64,000 nucleotides of DNA from contig JAFDWG010000315.1 in NCBI GenBank assembly GCA_018268605.1, positions 2,127 to 66,126 of the forward strand, given 5' to 3'. The translations under genes were made by a program, and so were the position numbers. Below the pieces are notes generated by a model. That model saw only the letters and a program-made list of their open reading frames with translations. It was not told where the DNA came from and did no database searches. This stretch comes from Actinomycetota bacterium (GTDB lineage Bacteria > Actinomycetota > Thermoleophilia > Solirubrobacterales > 70-9). Position 1 is the first letter of the stretch; every line of letters starts with the position of its first letter. Below, piece after piece: positions 52,542 to 61,727 of the stretch.

Positions 52542-53633
52542 CTGAGCCCGATCGAGGTCCGCACCGCACGCGAAGTCGACGAGCAGGCCCTGCGCCGGCT
52601 CGAGGTCGACACCTGGTCGCCGCGCTCGAGCCCGGGCCCGCCACCTGATCCGGAGCGGCCGGTCATCGAGCGCTACGGCGCGGCCAACGTCCTGGTCGCG
52701 GTCGAAGGCGAGGCGGTACTCGGCAGCCTGCTCCTCGGTCCCTGGACCGACCTCGAGTCCAGCCGCCACGTGCTCGAAGTCAAGGGCCTCGCGGTCGACC
52801 CGGCGCGCCAGGGCGAGGGGGTCGGGGCAGCGCTGCTCGACGCGGCGATCGCCCGTGCGCGTGAGCTCGGGATGCGCCGTCTGGTCCTGCGCGTGCTCTC
52901 CGGCAACGCCGCGGCGCGACGCCTGTACGAGGGCCGCGGCTTCAAGGTCGAAGGCCGGGTCCGCGAAGCCTTCCTCCTGGAGGGCTCCTACGTCGATGAC
53001 CTGACGATGGGGATCGACCTCACCCGCCGTGCCCGGCCGGGGCGCCTGGTGACCGTTGTCGGAATCGACGTCGGCGGGCGCCGTAAGGGCTTCCACGGCT
53101 GCGCGCTGCGCGGGGACGATGTCGTGGCCGGGCCGCTGCGGCTCCCCGACGTGGCGAGCGCGACCGAGTGGGTGACCGCGCTTGGCCCGGCCGTCGTCGC
53201 CCTCGACAGCCCGAAGACCTGCGCCCCCGAAGGCGAGTCCTCACGGGCCGGGGAGCGCGACCTCGCCCGCGCGATCTGCGGCATCCGCTGGACGCCCGAG
53301 CGCTCGCGGCTCGCGGGGAATCCCTATTACGAGTGGGTCGAGCATGGGCTCGAGCTCTACGACGCGCTCTTCGCCGCGGGGATCGACCGCGACGGCCTGA
53401 TCGAGGTCTTCCCGACCGCCGCGTGGACGGTCTGGGCCGGCCTCCGCGCGGGGCGTCCTCGGAGCGAGTGGTCCGCGAATGCCCTGGCCGGCCTCGGCCT
53501 CGGCGGACTCCCGTCCCGGCATCTCACCCAGGATGACCGCGATGCCGTCGCCGCCGCCATCGTCGCCCGCCTCCACGCCGAAGGCCTCACCCAGGCCTTC
53601 GGCGAGATCAACGTTCCCGCCGACCCTCTCTAG
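52542..53633 (+). CDS. GNAT acetyltransferase fused to a DUF429 (RNase-H-like) domain; no canonical start codon
   Basis: The GNAT N-terminal text (IEVRTAREVDEQALRRLEV...VLVAVEGEAVLGSLLLGP) begins right after the upstream TGA, and only a CTG (52542) is available. Acetyl-CoA motif RQGEGVGAALL. The second half, VGIDVGGRRKGFHGCAL...ALDSP...SRAGERDLA...TQDDRDAVAAAIVA, is DUF429-like. Confidence 0.6.
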   Translation: MSPIEVRTAREVDEQALRRLEVDTWSPRSSPGPPPDPERPVIERYGAANVLVAVEGEAVLGSLLLGPWTDLESSRHVLEVKGLAVDPARQGEGVGAALLDAAIARARELGMRRLVLRVLSGNAAARRLYEGRGFKVEGRVREAFLLEGSYVDDLTMGIDLTRRARPGRLVTVVGIDVGGRRKGFHGCALRGDDVVAGPLRLPDVASATEWVTALGPAVVALDSPKTCAPEGESSRAGERDLARAICGIRWTPERSRLAGNPYYEWVEHGLELYDALFAAGIDRDGLIEVFPTAAWTVWAGLRAGRPRSEWSANALAGLGLGGLPSRHLTQDDRDAVAAAIVARLHAEGLTQAFGEINVPADPL

Positions 53634-53850
53634 GGACGACGAAGAGCTCGAACCAGTCCGGCACCGCGCGCTGCAGCCCGGGATAGACAAGCGCCGGATC
53701 GGCCGGGATCACGATCCAGTAATCCTCGATCCGCGGGGGATCGGGGATCTCGACCACCTGGTAGAGCCGACGCAGGGCATCCAACATCCGCTCGCGTCCG
53801 AGGCTGGTCGCGACGAGATTCGGTTCCGGCGCGAGCCGCGTCGATCGCAT
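53608..53850 (-). CDS. Hypothetical small protein
   Basis: 80-aa ORF with protein-like text (LDALRRLYQVVEIPDPPRIEDYWIVIPADPALVYPGLQRAVPDWFELF). No SD sequence. It overlaps the convergent gene end. Confidence 0.35.
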   Translation of the reverse strand: MRSTRLAPEPNLVATSLGRERMLDALRRLYQVVEIPDPPRIEDYWIVIPADPALVYPGLQRAVPDWFELFVVPREGRRER

Positions 53851-53953
53851 TTACCCAAATATGCCTAACCGTCCGGCGCAATTTTCGCGATCTGGACGAA
53901 GGGTCGATGCGTCGGTCATCCGCAAGCACCGTCCTTCCGATATCACCAGCGAC

Positions 53954-55261
53954 ATGGTCGCGACGCCGAAGCTGAAGACTGCCGCCCTACTCGCGCTCGC
54001 CGCGATTCTTGCCCTGCTCGTGGCCGGGTGCGGTGGGGGCGGGTCGTCCAGTGCGCCGGGAGGAGGATCGACCTCGGGCGCCTCCACGACCGGCGGCGGC
54101 ACGAGCACCTCCGAAGCGCCCGCCACGGTGCCCGCGCAGTCCCTCGAACCGGGCTACCTCGACTGGCCGTTCTTCGGGCGGGTGCCGCAGCGGACCCACT
54201 ACCTACCCGCCAACCGCGGGGAAATCGATCGGCCGCTCGACCCGCCGCTGAAGCAGGCGTGGTCGATCAACACCCACGCGCTGATCGAGTTCCCACCCGC
54301 GATCGGTGACCGAGTCGCGTACACGATCAACAAGTACGGCGATGGCAAAGCGATTCAGCTCGGCACTCATAAGGTGATCGGCGAACTCAACCTCGACCCG
54401 AAGGACAAGGGGCACCAGTCGATCGTCACCGGCCCGGCCTACTATCGCGGCCTCGTCTACGGCGCCTTCCTCGACGGGACGCTGGCGGCCGGGAACGTGA
54501 AGACGGAGAAGCCGGTCTGGAAGCGGCACCTGGGCACCCATCTCGAATCGTCCCCGCTGCCGATCGACGGCAACGTCTACCTCGGGACCAACAAGGGGCA
54601 GCTGCTGGCGCTGGACGCCGGCGACGGCCACACCGTCTGGTCGTTCCAGGCCCCCGGGGCGATCAAAGCGAGCCCCAGCTACGACCAAGGCAAGATCTTC
54701 GTGGCCGACTACGAGAGCTCGATGTTCGCCCTCGAAGCCGATACCGGCAAGCCGGTCTGGCGGACCAACACCAGCAAGGTGCCGCCCTACGGCGAGGGCG
54801 GCTTCTTCTCCTCGCCCTCGATCGCCTTCGGCAACGTCTACGCCGCCCGTGACGACGGCATCGTCTACGCCTTCGACGAGGGCACCGGAAAGGTGAGATG
54901 GAGCTTCGACACGGGAGAAGCCGTCTACGGGTCGCCCGCCGTCGCCCAGGTGCCGGGGACGCCGCCGACCGTCTATATCGGCTCCGAAAACGGCCGCTTC
55001 TTCGCCCTCGACGCCCGCACCGGCAAGGTCCGCTGGACCTACGACGTCGGCGGTCCGGTGGAGGGCACGGCCACCGTCATCGGCCATACCGTCTACGTCG
55101 CCAGCTTCACCACCAAGAAGACGATCGGCATCGACGTTCGCACCCACAAGAAGGACTTCGAGATCGACCAGTCGGGCTACACCCCGATGATCTCCGACGG
55201 CCGCAGACTGATCCTGGTGGGTTACTTCGACGTGATCGGATTGGAACCCACGAAGCCGTAG
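53954..55261 (+). CDS. PQQ-like (BamB-type) beta-propeller lipoprotein
   Basis: ORF 53861..55261 trimmed to the ATG at 53954. Lipobox LLVAGCGGGG. Repeated G.VYA.D..TGK..W blades. Confidence 0.8.
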   Translation: MVATPKLKTAALLALAAILALLVAGCGGGGSSSAPGGGSTSGASTTGGGTSTSEAPATVPAQSLEPGYLDWPFFGRVPQRTHYLPANRGEIDRPLDPPLKQAWSINTHALIEFPPAIGDRVAYTINKYGDGKAIQLGTHKVIGELNLDPKDKGHQSIVTGPAYYRGLVYGAFLDGTLAAGNVKTEKPVWKRHLGTHLESSPLPIDGNVYLGTNKGQLLALDAGDGHTVWSFQAPGAIKASPSYDQGKIFVADYESSMFALEADTGKPVWRTNTSKVPPYGEGGFFSSPSIAFGNVYAARDDGIVYAFDEGTGKVRWSFDTGEAVYGSPAVAQVPGTPPTVYIGSENGRFFALDARTGKVRWTYDVGGPVEGTATVIGHTVYVASFTTKKTIGIDVRTHKKDFEIDQSGYTPMISDGRRLILVGYFDVIGLEPTKP

Positions 55262-55298
55262 GGGCCGTCGTCCCGGCCGCCCCGGCAGTCCTATGTCG

Positions 55299-55356
55299 GT
55301 CCTGGGCGTCTCATCGCGGTCCTGGCTGGCTGTGACCGCGATGAGACGCCCAGGAC
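55299..55356. terminator. Perfect 23-bp-stem hairpin after the propeller gene
   Basis: GTCCTGGGCGTCTCATCGCGGTC, a 12-nt loop, then GACCGCGATGAGACGCCCAGGAC. Confidence 0.5.
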
Positions 55357-55440
55357 GTGAGGGTCCCGTGTGAAACTCCGGGGAGACGTGACGCCCCCGC
55401 CCGGAACTCCACGCCTCCGCCACACTTCCCCAACACCCCC

Positions 55441-55493
55441 ATGTTGATGGGCCGAAAACCCCGCTATATCGTGGTTCTTCGGCCCATCAACAT
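55441..55493. terminator. Perfect 16-bp inverted repeat after the response-regulator gene
   Basis: ATGTTGATGGGCCGAA, a 21-nt loop (AACCCCGCTATATCGTGGTTC), then TTCGGCCCATCAACAT. Confidence 0.4.
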
Positions 55494-55543
55494 CCGGGGA
55501 CGGCCGTGCTCGCCGCGACGCCTTGCGTCCCTTGCCCGTCCCC

Positions 55544-56215
55544 CTACCGCTCGACGCCTCCCGGCGACGCATCACGGATCAGTAGGGCGATCTGAACGCG
55601 GTTGTCGGCGCCGAGCTTCTCCAGGAGGCGGGAGACGTGGGCCTTCACGGTGGCCACGCTGAGGTGGAGCTCGGCGGAGATGTCGGCGTTGGAGAGGCCG
55701 CGGCCGACGGCACGGGCCACCTCGAGCTCGCGGGGTGAGAGGCCGGCGAGGAGGCGGTCGGCATCGGCACGGGGGGTGGACTCGTCGGCCTCGCCCGCGA
55801 CGAGGTCGATCAGGCGCCGGGTGACGGCGGGGGAGAGCATCGAGTCGCCGGCGTGGACGAGCTCGATCGCGCGGACGATCTCGGCCGGTGGCGTGTCCTT
55901 GAGCAGGAACCCGGCGGCGCCGGCGCGGAGCGCACGCAGCACCAGGTCGTCGGCGTCGAAGGTCGTCAGCATCAGGATCGCGGGCGGGGAGGGCTGTGCC
56001 GCGAGGAGGCCGGCGGCGCTGACGCCGTCGACGCCTGGCATCCGGATGTCCATCAGGACCACGTCGGGACGGTGCCGGTCGACCGCGCCGAGGACCTTGT
56101 CGCCGTCGTCGGCCTCGGCGACGACCTCGATCGACTCGGTGCCGCCGAGCAGCAGCCGCAGGCCCGAGCGCACCAGCGGGTCGTCGTCGACCAGCATCAC
56201 CCGGATCGGGCTCAT
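55544..56215 (-). CDS. NarL/LuxR-family response regulator
   Basis: ORF trimmed to the ATG at 56215. IRVMLVDDDPLVR...DVVLMDIRMPG... C-terminal LuxR HTH LSPRELEVARAVGRGLSNADISAELHLSVATVKAHV. Confidence 0.9.
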   Translation of the reverse strand: MSPIRVMLVDDDPLVRSGLRLLLGGTESIEVVAEADDGDKVLGAVDRHRPDVVLMDIRMPGVDGVSAAGLLAAQPSPPAILMLTTFDADDLVLRALRAGAAGFLLKDTPPAEIVRAIELVHAGDSMLSPAVTRRLIDLVAGEADESTPRADADRLLAGLSPRELEVARAVGRGLSNADISAELHLSVATVKAHVSRLLEKLGADNRVQIALLIRDASPGGVER

Positions 56216-57432
56216 CGTTCCCACGGAAGGATCACCTCCAGGATGAAGTCGCCTCCTGGCGTGATGTCCTTTCGCAGTTCGCCGTCGGCCAGCGCCACCC
56301 GCTCGCCCAGCCCGACCAGGCCGCTTCCCGCGCCCGGGAGGGCGGGAGCGGGAGGCGGCACCAGCGGCGCCGGATTGCGCACTTCGATCCGCAGCGTCTC
56401 CGGTGAGGAGGTCACCTTCACCCGCACCAGTACCCCGGGGGCGTGCTTGCGCGCGTTCGTCAGGCCCTCCTGGACGACCCGGTAGGCGGTACGTCCCACG
56501 ATCGTGGCGCCGGCTTCGTCGGGCAGGTCGAGCTCGGCCTCGATCCGCATCCCCGCCGCGCGCGACTCCTCGATCACCATCGGCACCTCGGCCAGGCCCG
56601 GTTGCGGGCGGCGCGTCTCGGAGTCGGTCCCCTCGCGCAGTACGCCGACCACGTCGCGCAGCTCCTCGAGCGCCGCGGCCGCCGCCTCGCGGATGACCGC
56701 GGCGGTCGCGGCGACCTCCGCCGGCGGCGCGTCCGGGCGGAATTCGAGCGCCCCCGCGTGCAGGCTGAGCAGCGAGAGCCGATGGGCGAGCACGTCGTGC
56801 ATCTCCCGCGCGATCCGCTCGCGCTCGGCCGATCGCGCCCGCTCGGCCCGCAGCCGGCCCTCGCCTTCCAGCCGCGTCGCCCGTTCGTGCAGCTGGTCGA
56901 CCAGGTCGCGGCGCACCCGCACGAAGAGCCCCCAGCCGATGGTGAAGCCGTACAGCAGGATGCCGACGAGGAAATTGTTCCGGAAATCGGCCCCGCTGAC
57001 CGCGTAGAGCAACGAGTAGACGAGCGAACCGGCGACCGAGGCGACGGTGATCCAGACCAGGCCGCGCCGGCTGCAACGGACCGCGGCGTTGAAGAGGACG
57101 GCCAATCCTGCGCCCGCCGCCAGTCCCGAGACCGAGGCCGCAGGGATGACGAACGCCGCCACCCCGACGGGATGCCGGCGGCGGTCCCAGAGCGCGGCCA
57201 GCGAGGCGATCCCGAGGCCGATGTCGAGGATCGCGGTCGTGGTGCCGTGTTCGGACCAGGTGTCGTGCAGCGCGATCATCCCGATCCCCAGCGCGACGAT
57301 GGTGATCAGCACGTCGACCGCCCAGTCGCGGAGGCTGCGCTCGGCGCCCGGCCCGTCGACCATCGAGCCCGGCAGCATCCGTCGTTGCCAGCGTGCCGGC
57401 TCCAGTCCTTGGTTCACCTCGAGCGAGGCCAT
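56212..57432 (-). CDS. Sensor histidine kinase (HisKA_3 / DesK-NarX type)
   Basis: ORF trimmed to the ATG at 57432. Multiple TM helices. H-box ERIAREMHDVLAHRLS. ATPase GLTNARKHAP...GSGLVGLGERV. Confidence 0.85.
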   Translation of the reverse strand: MASLEVNQGLEPARWQRRMLPGSMVDGPGAERSLRDWAVDVLITIVALGIGMIALHDTWSEHGTTTAILDIGLGIASLAALWDRRRHPVGVAAFVIPAASVSGLAAGAGLAVLFNAAVRCSRRGLVWITVASVAGSLVYSLLYAVSGADFRNNFLVGILLYGFTIGWGLFVRVRRDLVDQLHERATRLEGEGRLRAERARSAERERIAREMHDVLAHRLSLLSLHAGALEFRPDAPPAEVAATAAVIREAAAAALEELRDVVGVLREGTDSETRRPQPGLAEVPMVIEESRAAGMRIEAELDLPDEAGATIVGRTAYRVVQEGLTNARKHAPGVLVRVKVTSSPETLRIEVRNPAPLVPPPAPALPGAGSGLVGLGERVALADGELRKDITPGGDFILEVILPWER

Positions 57433-57561
57433 GGCCACAGCGTAGGGCGGGGATGGAGTCCGGCGTCGCAACCAAAGTAGGGGGCAGGCCGACACCAAGG
57501 TCGGGGCAAGGGGCGACGAGCGGCTGATGTGCGCGCCGCGCGGAAGGGGAAGTCTGGCGCC

Positions 57562-58449
57562 ATGATCGAAGCTGAGAAGTTGACCAAGCGATTTGGTGGG
57601 AGGACCGTCGTCGATGACGTGACCTTCCGCTGTGAACCGGGCACCGTCACCGGTTTCCTCGGTCCCAACGGGGCCGGGAAGACGACGACGATGCGCATGA
57701 TCTGCGGGTTCTCGACGCCGGACTCGGGCCGGGCCGGAGTGCTCGGCGGCGAGTACCGGCGGCTGCCGAACCCGGGGCGGCGGGTCGGGGTCCTGCTCGA
57801 CGCCTCCGCCCAGCACGGCGGCCGCCGTGGCCGCGAGGCGCTGGCGATCTCAGCCCAGACGATCGGGGTCGAGGAGAAGCGGGTCGACGTTCTGCTCGAG
57901 CTGGTCGGGCTGGAGAAATCGGCGGCGCGCAAACGTGTCCGCCAGTACTCGCTCGGGATGCGCCAGCGGCTGGGGATCGCGAACGCCTTGATCGGCGAGC
58001 CGGAGGTGCTGATCCTCGACGAGCCCGCCAACGGCCTCGACCCGGAGGGGATGCGCTGGATGCGCGGCCTCCTGCGGGACTTCGCCGAGCGCGGCGGGAC
58101 CGTGCTCCTCTCCTCGCACCTTCTCCACGAGGTCGACGCGATCGCCGACCGGCTGGTGATCATCGGCAGCGGCAAGATCGTCGCCGAGGGGAGCAAAGAA
58201 GAGCTGCTCTCCAACGCCGGGACGCTGGTCCGGGCGGACGACGGGGAGGCGCTCGGCCGCGCCCTCGCCGCCGCCGGGCTGGACGCCCGCGAGGCCGAAG
58301 GCGGCGGCTTCCTGGTCGACGCCGAGCCGCGCGCGGTCGGGGTCGCGGCGCAGGTAGGCGGGGTCGCCCTCGTCCACCTCGCGCCCGCCGCGGACGCCGG
58401 CCTCGAGCAGCTGTTCTTCGACCTGACCAGCGGGGAGGAACCCTCATGA
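57562..58449 (+). CDS. ABC transporter ATP-binding protein (ABC-2 exporter type)
   Basis: ORF trimmed to the ATG at 57562. Walker A GPNGAGKTT. Signature YSLGMRQRLGIA. Walker B LILDEP. Confidence 0.9.
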   Translation: MIEAEKLTKRFGGRTVVDDVTFRCEPGTVTGFLGPNGAGKTTTMRMICGFSTPDSGRAGVLGGEYRRLPNPGRRVGVLLDASAQHGGRRGREALAISAQTIGVEEKRVDVLLELVGLEKSAARKRVRQYSLGMRQRLGIANALIGEPEVLILDEPANGLDPEGMRWMRGLLRDFAERGGTVLLSSHLLHEVDAIADRLVIIGSGKIVAEGSKEELLSNAGTLVRADDGEALGRALAAAGLDAREAEGGGFLVDAEPRAVGVAAQVGGVALVHLAPAADAGLEQLFFDLTSGEEPS

Positions 58450-59177
58450 ACAACCGTCCTTCGCTCGGCCGCCTGACCAAGGTGGAGCTGCGCAAGATGG
58501 TCGACACCCGCAGCGGCTTCTGGCTGCTCCTGGCGGTGGCGGGCCTGATGGTGGTCGCCGTCTTCATCACGGCGCTCGTCGCCCACGAAGAAAACCGGAC
58601 CTTCCACAACATCCTCGCCAACGGGCTCCAGCCGGCGGGGATCCTGCTGCCGGTCGTCGGCATCCTCCTGGTCAGCTCGGAGTGGTCGCAGCGGACCGCG
58701 CTGGTCAGCTTCGCCCTGGTCCCGCAGCGATCACGTCTCCTGGTCGCCAAGTTGCTGGCCGGGATCGTCCTGGCGTCGGCGGCGGCGGCGTTCGGGCTGG
58801 CGCTGTCGGCCCTCGGCACCGCGATCGCGTCCAACAGCGCCCCCGACCACTGGACGCTGCCGATCGGGCTGCTGCTCCAGGACGTCCTCTACGCGGTCAC
58901 CGCGATGATCATCGGGATCGGCTTCGGCGCCGCCCTGCAGTCCTCGGCACCGGCGATCGTCCTCTACTTCGCGCTGCCGATCGCGCTCGCCGCACTCGGA
59001 TCGATCCATGCGATCAAGGGAGCGGTCGAATGGATCAGCACCGAATCGCTGGAACCGATGACCAAGGAAGTGATGAGCGGGCATCAGTGGGCCCAAGGTC
59101 TCGTGGTGTTGGCACTGTGGATGGGCGTGCCGCTGGCGATCGGCCTCTGGCGGCTGACCCGCCGGGACGTCGGGTAG
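58446..59177 (+). CDS. ABC-2 type transporter permease
   Basis: Six hydrophobic segments. ATGA overlap with the ATPase gene. Confidence 0.8.
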   Translation: MNNRPSLGRLTKVELRKMVDTRSGFWLLLAVAGLMVVAVFITALVAHEENRTFHNILANGLQPAGILLPVVGILLVSSEWSQRTALVSFALVPQRSRLLVAKLLAGIVLASAAAAFGLALSALGTAIASNSAPDHWTLPIGLLLQDVLYAVTAMIIGIGFGAALQSSAPAIVLYFALPIALAALGSIHAIKGAVEWISTESLEPMTKEVMSGHQWAQGLVVLALWMGVPLAIGLWRLTRRDVG

Positions 59178-59218
59178 CGCGGGCGGGTGTCGACCTGACG
59201 GGACGTTATGGTGGCGGC

Positions 59219-59878
59219 GTGGACTTCCTGCGCCGTCACCTCACGTACGCAAACGTCGTCGCCTCGCTCGCGCTCTTCCTCGCGCTCGGCGGAGCGGCCT
59301 TCGCCGCCACCCAGCTGCCGCGCAACTCGGTCGGCACCGGCCAGCTGAAACCGGAAGCGGTGACCGCGGGCAAGATCGCGAAGAAGACGCGCAACCAGCT
59401 GCAGGGCGAACGCGGCCCCGCCGGGCCGCAGGGCCCGGCCGGGAAAACCGGCGCGAAAGGGGCGACCGGGGCCAAAGGGGCCACCGGCGCCAAGGGCGAC
59501 ACCGGCGCGCGCGGACCGGCGGGCGCCGACGGCACCGGCCCGGCGTTCGAAGTCTTCGGCACCGAAAAGGCGATCGGGAACACCTCGAGCCAGGTCCTCG
59601 CCCAGAACCTCCCTGCGGGCGCCTACGTCGTCAACGCCAACGTCACGGTCGAAAGCGCCGTGGAAACGGTGGTCACCTGCACCTTGAGCGGTGGCGGCGA
59701 AGCGAAGACGATCGTCGCCCCGACCAAACCCGGGTCCCTGTCCGTCTCGACGACCCGCACCCTGGGCGCCGTCGGGGCCGAAACGCTGAGCTGCAGCGCG
59801 ACGGTCGGCGGGGCGACCGCGAAATACGCGAACCTGATCGCGACGCAGGTCAAATCGCAGTCGCGCGTCGCCGGCTGA
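59219..59878 (+). CDS. Membrane-anchored collagen-like triple-helix repeat protein
   Basis: The GTG at 59219 gives VDFLRRHLTYANVVASLALFLALGGAAFAA (signal/anchor). This is followed by 15 uninterrupted GXY triplets and then a beta-rich C-terminal domain. Confidence 0.7.
   Translation: MDFLRRHLTYANVVASLALFLALGGAAFAATQLPRNSVGTGQLKPEAVTAGKIAKKTRNQLQGERGPAGPQGPAGKTGAKGATGAKGATGAKGDTGARGPAGADGTGPAFEVFGTEKAIGNTSSQVLAQNLPAGAYVVNANVTVESAVETVVTCTLSGGGEAKTIVAPTKPGSLSVSTTRTLGAVGAETLSCSATVGGATAKYANLIATQVKSQSRVAG
59405..59539 (+). repeat. Collagen-like GXY x15 coding repeat
   Basis: GERGPAGPQGPAGKTGAKGATGAKGATGAKGDTGARGPAGADGTG. Confidence 0.85.
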
Positions 59879-60003
59879 CGACCGCCGCTCAGGGCCTTCC
59901 CACCTAAGCCGTTCGCGCCCGCTATCCTTGTCGGAGCCTCAGGCTTCGGCCCGGGGTTTTCCTTTGTAACGAGTGCCTTCGGGCACGGAACTTGAGGGGA
60001 CAG

Positions 60004-60168
60004 ATGGCTCGCGGAGATGTCCGCATCGCGGTGACGATGGCTTGCGAAGACTGCAAGCGTCGCAATTATCAGACCAACAAGTCGCGGCGTAATTCGCCCG
60101 ACCGTGTCGAGCTGCGGAAGTTCTGTCGCTGGTGCGGGAAGCACACCCCGCACAAAGAGACCCGGTAG
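60004..60168 (+). CDS. rpmG: 50S ribosomal protein L33
   Basis: Not in the ORF track because it is under 60 aa. [61 protein letters not shown] lies 4 nt upstream of the ATG. Confidence 0.9.
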   Translation: MARGDVRIAVTMACEDCKRRNYQTNKSRRNSPDRVELRKFCRWCGKHTPHKETR

Positions 60169-60174
60169 AGGTCG

Positions 60175-60711
60175 ATGGCGAAAACCCGCGCACAGCGCAA
60201 GGCCGAACGCCGCGCTCGGGAAGCCGAGGAGCAAAAACGCTCAGGCTCCGAGCGCCGCACTGAGTCGCGGGCGCAGCACGACACCCAAGTCGGCGTCTCC
60301 GGTGACGTCGCCGAGGTAGAAGCCGTAGAGGCTGGTATCGCGGCAGGCGCCTCGGAGGCCGACCTGGAGACTCCCGACGCGCCGCACCGGCCCTCACGGG
60401 CCGATCGACGCGCCGAGGCGAAAGCCGCCAAACAGGCGGATCGCCAGAAACGTGACGAGCAGAAACGGCGCGAGCAAGAACAGCTCGCCCGGCAGCAGAA
60501 AAAAGCCACCGCGGAACGGCAGAGCCGGGCACGCGGCGGTGTCATCGGCTTCCTGCTTTCCTGCTGGGCCGAGCTGAAGAAAGTCCAGTGGCCCGACCGT
60601 GAGACGCTGGTCCAGGCCACCGCTGTCACGATCATCTTCGTGGCCGTCGCGGCGGCCTACCTCGGCGCCCTGGACGCGCTCTTCAGCTGGCTGATCAAGC
60701 AGATCCTCTAA
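60175..60711 (+). CDS. secE: Preprotein translocase subunit SecE, with a long charged N-terminal extension
   Basis: The C-terminal 60 aa, GFLLSCWAELKKVQWPDRETLVQATAVTIIFVAVAAAYLGALDALFSWLIKQI, form the SecE core. Position between rpmG and nusG. Confidence 0.9.
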   Translation: MAKTRAQRKAERRAREAEEQKRSGSERRTESRAQHDTQVGVSGDVAEVEAVEAGIAAGASEADLETPDAPHRPSRADRRAEAKAAKQADRQKRDEQKRREQEQLARQQKKATAERQSRARGGVIGFLLSCWAELKKVQWPDRETLVQATAVTIIFVAVAAAYLGALDALFSWLIKQIL

Positions 60712-60735
60712 CCAAGAAGAAGGCTTCTCAATTCG

Positions 60736-61260
60736 ATGTTTCGCTGGTACGTGATCAACACCTATTCCGGGCACGAGAACAAGGTCAAGCACAACCTTGA
60801 GCATCGGGTCCAGACGATGAGCCAGAACCGCAACGTGCGGCAGGTCGTCGTCCCCACCGAGCAGGTCTCCGAGGTCAAGGACGGCCAGAAAGTGACCCAG
60901 GAGAAACGGACCATGCCCGGTTACGTCCTGGTCAACATGGAGATGACCGACGACGCCTGGAGCCTGGTCAAAAACACCCCCGGGGTGACCGGCTTCGTCG
61001 GCGCCGAGCGGAACAAGCCGGTGCCGCTCTCGAAACCCGAGGTCGACCGCCTTCTTCACCGCGAGACCGCGGAGCGCCCGCGCACCCAGGCGCAGTTCGC
61101 CATCGGCGAATCGGTCAAAGTCATTTCCGGCCCGCTTTCGGACTTCTCCGGCGAGATCGCCGAGATCAACGAGGACGGCGCGAAACTCAAAGTCCTGGTC
61201 TCGATCTTCGGTCGGGAGACCCCCGTCGAGGTGGGCTACGACCAGGTCAAGAAGATCTAG
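60736..61260 (+). CDS. nusG: Transcription termination/antitermination factor NusG
   Basis: [18 protein letters not shown]...PGYVLV...[18 protein letters not shown] (KOW). Confidence 0.95.
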   Translation: MFRWYVINTYSGHENKVKHNLEHRVQTMSQNRNVRQVVVPTEQVSEVKDGQKVTQEKRTMPGYVLVNMEMTDDAWSLVKNTPGVTGFVGAERNKPVPLSKPEVDRLLHRETAERPRTQAQFAIGESVKVISGPLSDFSGEIAEINEDGAKLKVLVSIFGRETPVEVGYDQVKKI

Positions 61261-61293
61261 TCGGGCGCGACCCGCTACTCTGCACAGCCGCTC

Positions 61294-61716
61294 ATGGCCA
61301 AAAAAGTACTCACCGTAATCAAGCTGCAGATCCAGGCAGGAAATGCCAACCCGGCGCCGCCGGTCGGTCCCGCGCTGGGCCAGCACGGCGTCAACATCAT
61401 GGACTTCTGCAAAGCCTTCAACGCGCAGACGCAGGGCGAAGGCGGGACGATCATCCCGGTCGAAATCACGGTCTACGAGGACCGTTCCTTCACCTTCGTC
61501 ACCAAGACGCCGCCAGCCGCGGTCCTGATCAAGGAGGCGATCCGGATCCCGAAGGGCTCCGGCGAGCCCCACGTGAACAAAGTCGGGACGATCACCCCGG
61601 AGCAGATCCGCGCGATCGCCGAGCGCAAGATGCCCGACCTCAACGCCAACGACCTCGACGCCGCCTCGAAGATCATCGCCGGCACCGCCCGCTCGATGGG
61701 CGTCGACGTCAAATAG
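61294..61716 (+). CDS. rplK: 50S ribosomal protein L11
   Basis: [36 protein letters not shown]. Confidence 0.95.
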   Translation: MAKKVLTVIKLQIQAGNANPAPPVGPALGQHGVNIMDFCKAFNAQTQGEGGTIIPVEITVYEDRSFTFVTKTPPAAVLIKEAIRIPKGSGEPHVNKVGTITPEQIRAIAERKMPDLNANDLDAASKIIAGTARSMGVDVK

Positions 61717-61727
61717 GAGAACCAGCG

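Noticed and set aside
57583-57597. A box look-alike ACCAAGCGATTTGGT inside the ABC ATPase gene.
   Set aside because: It lies within the coding sequence (it encodes LTKRFGG, a conserved ABC N-terminal motif) and outside the island. It is probably a chance match. It is a caveat that genome-wide statistics are needed for the operator finding.
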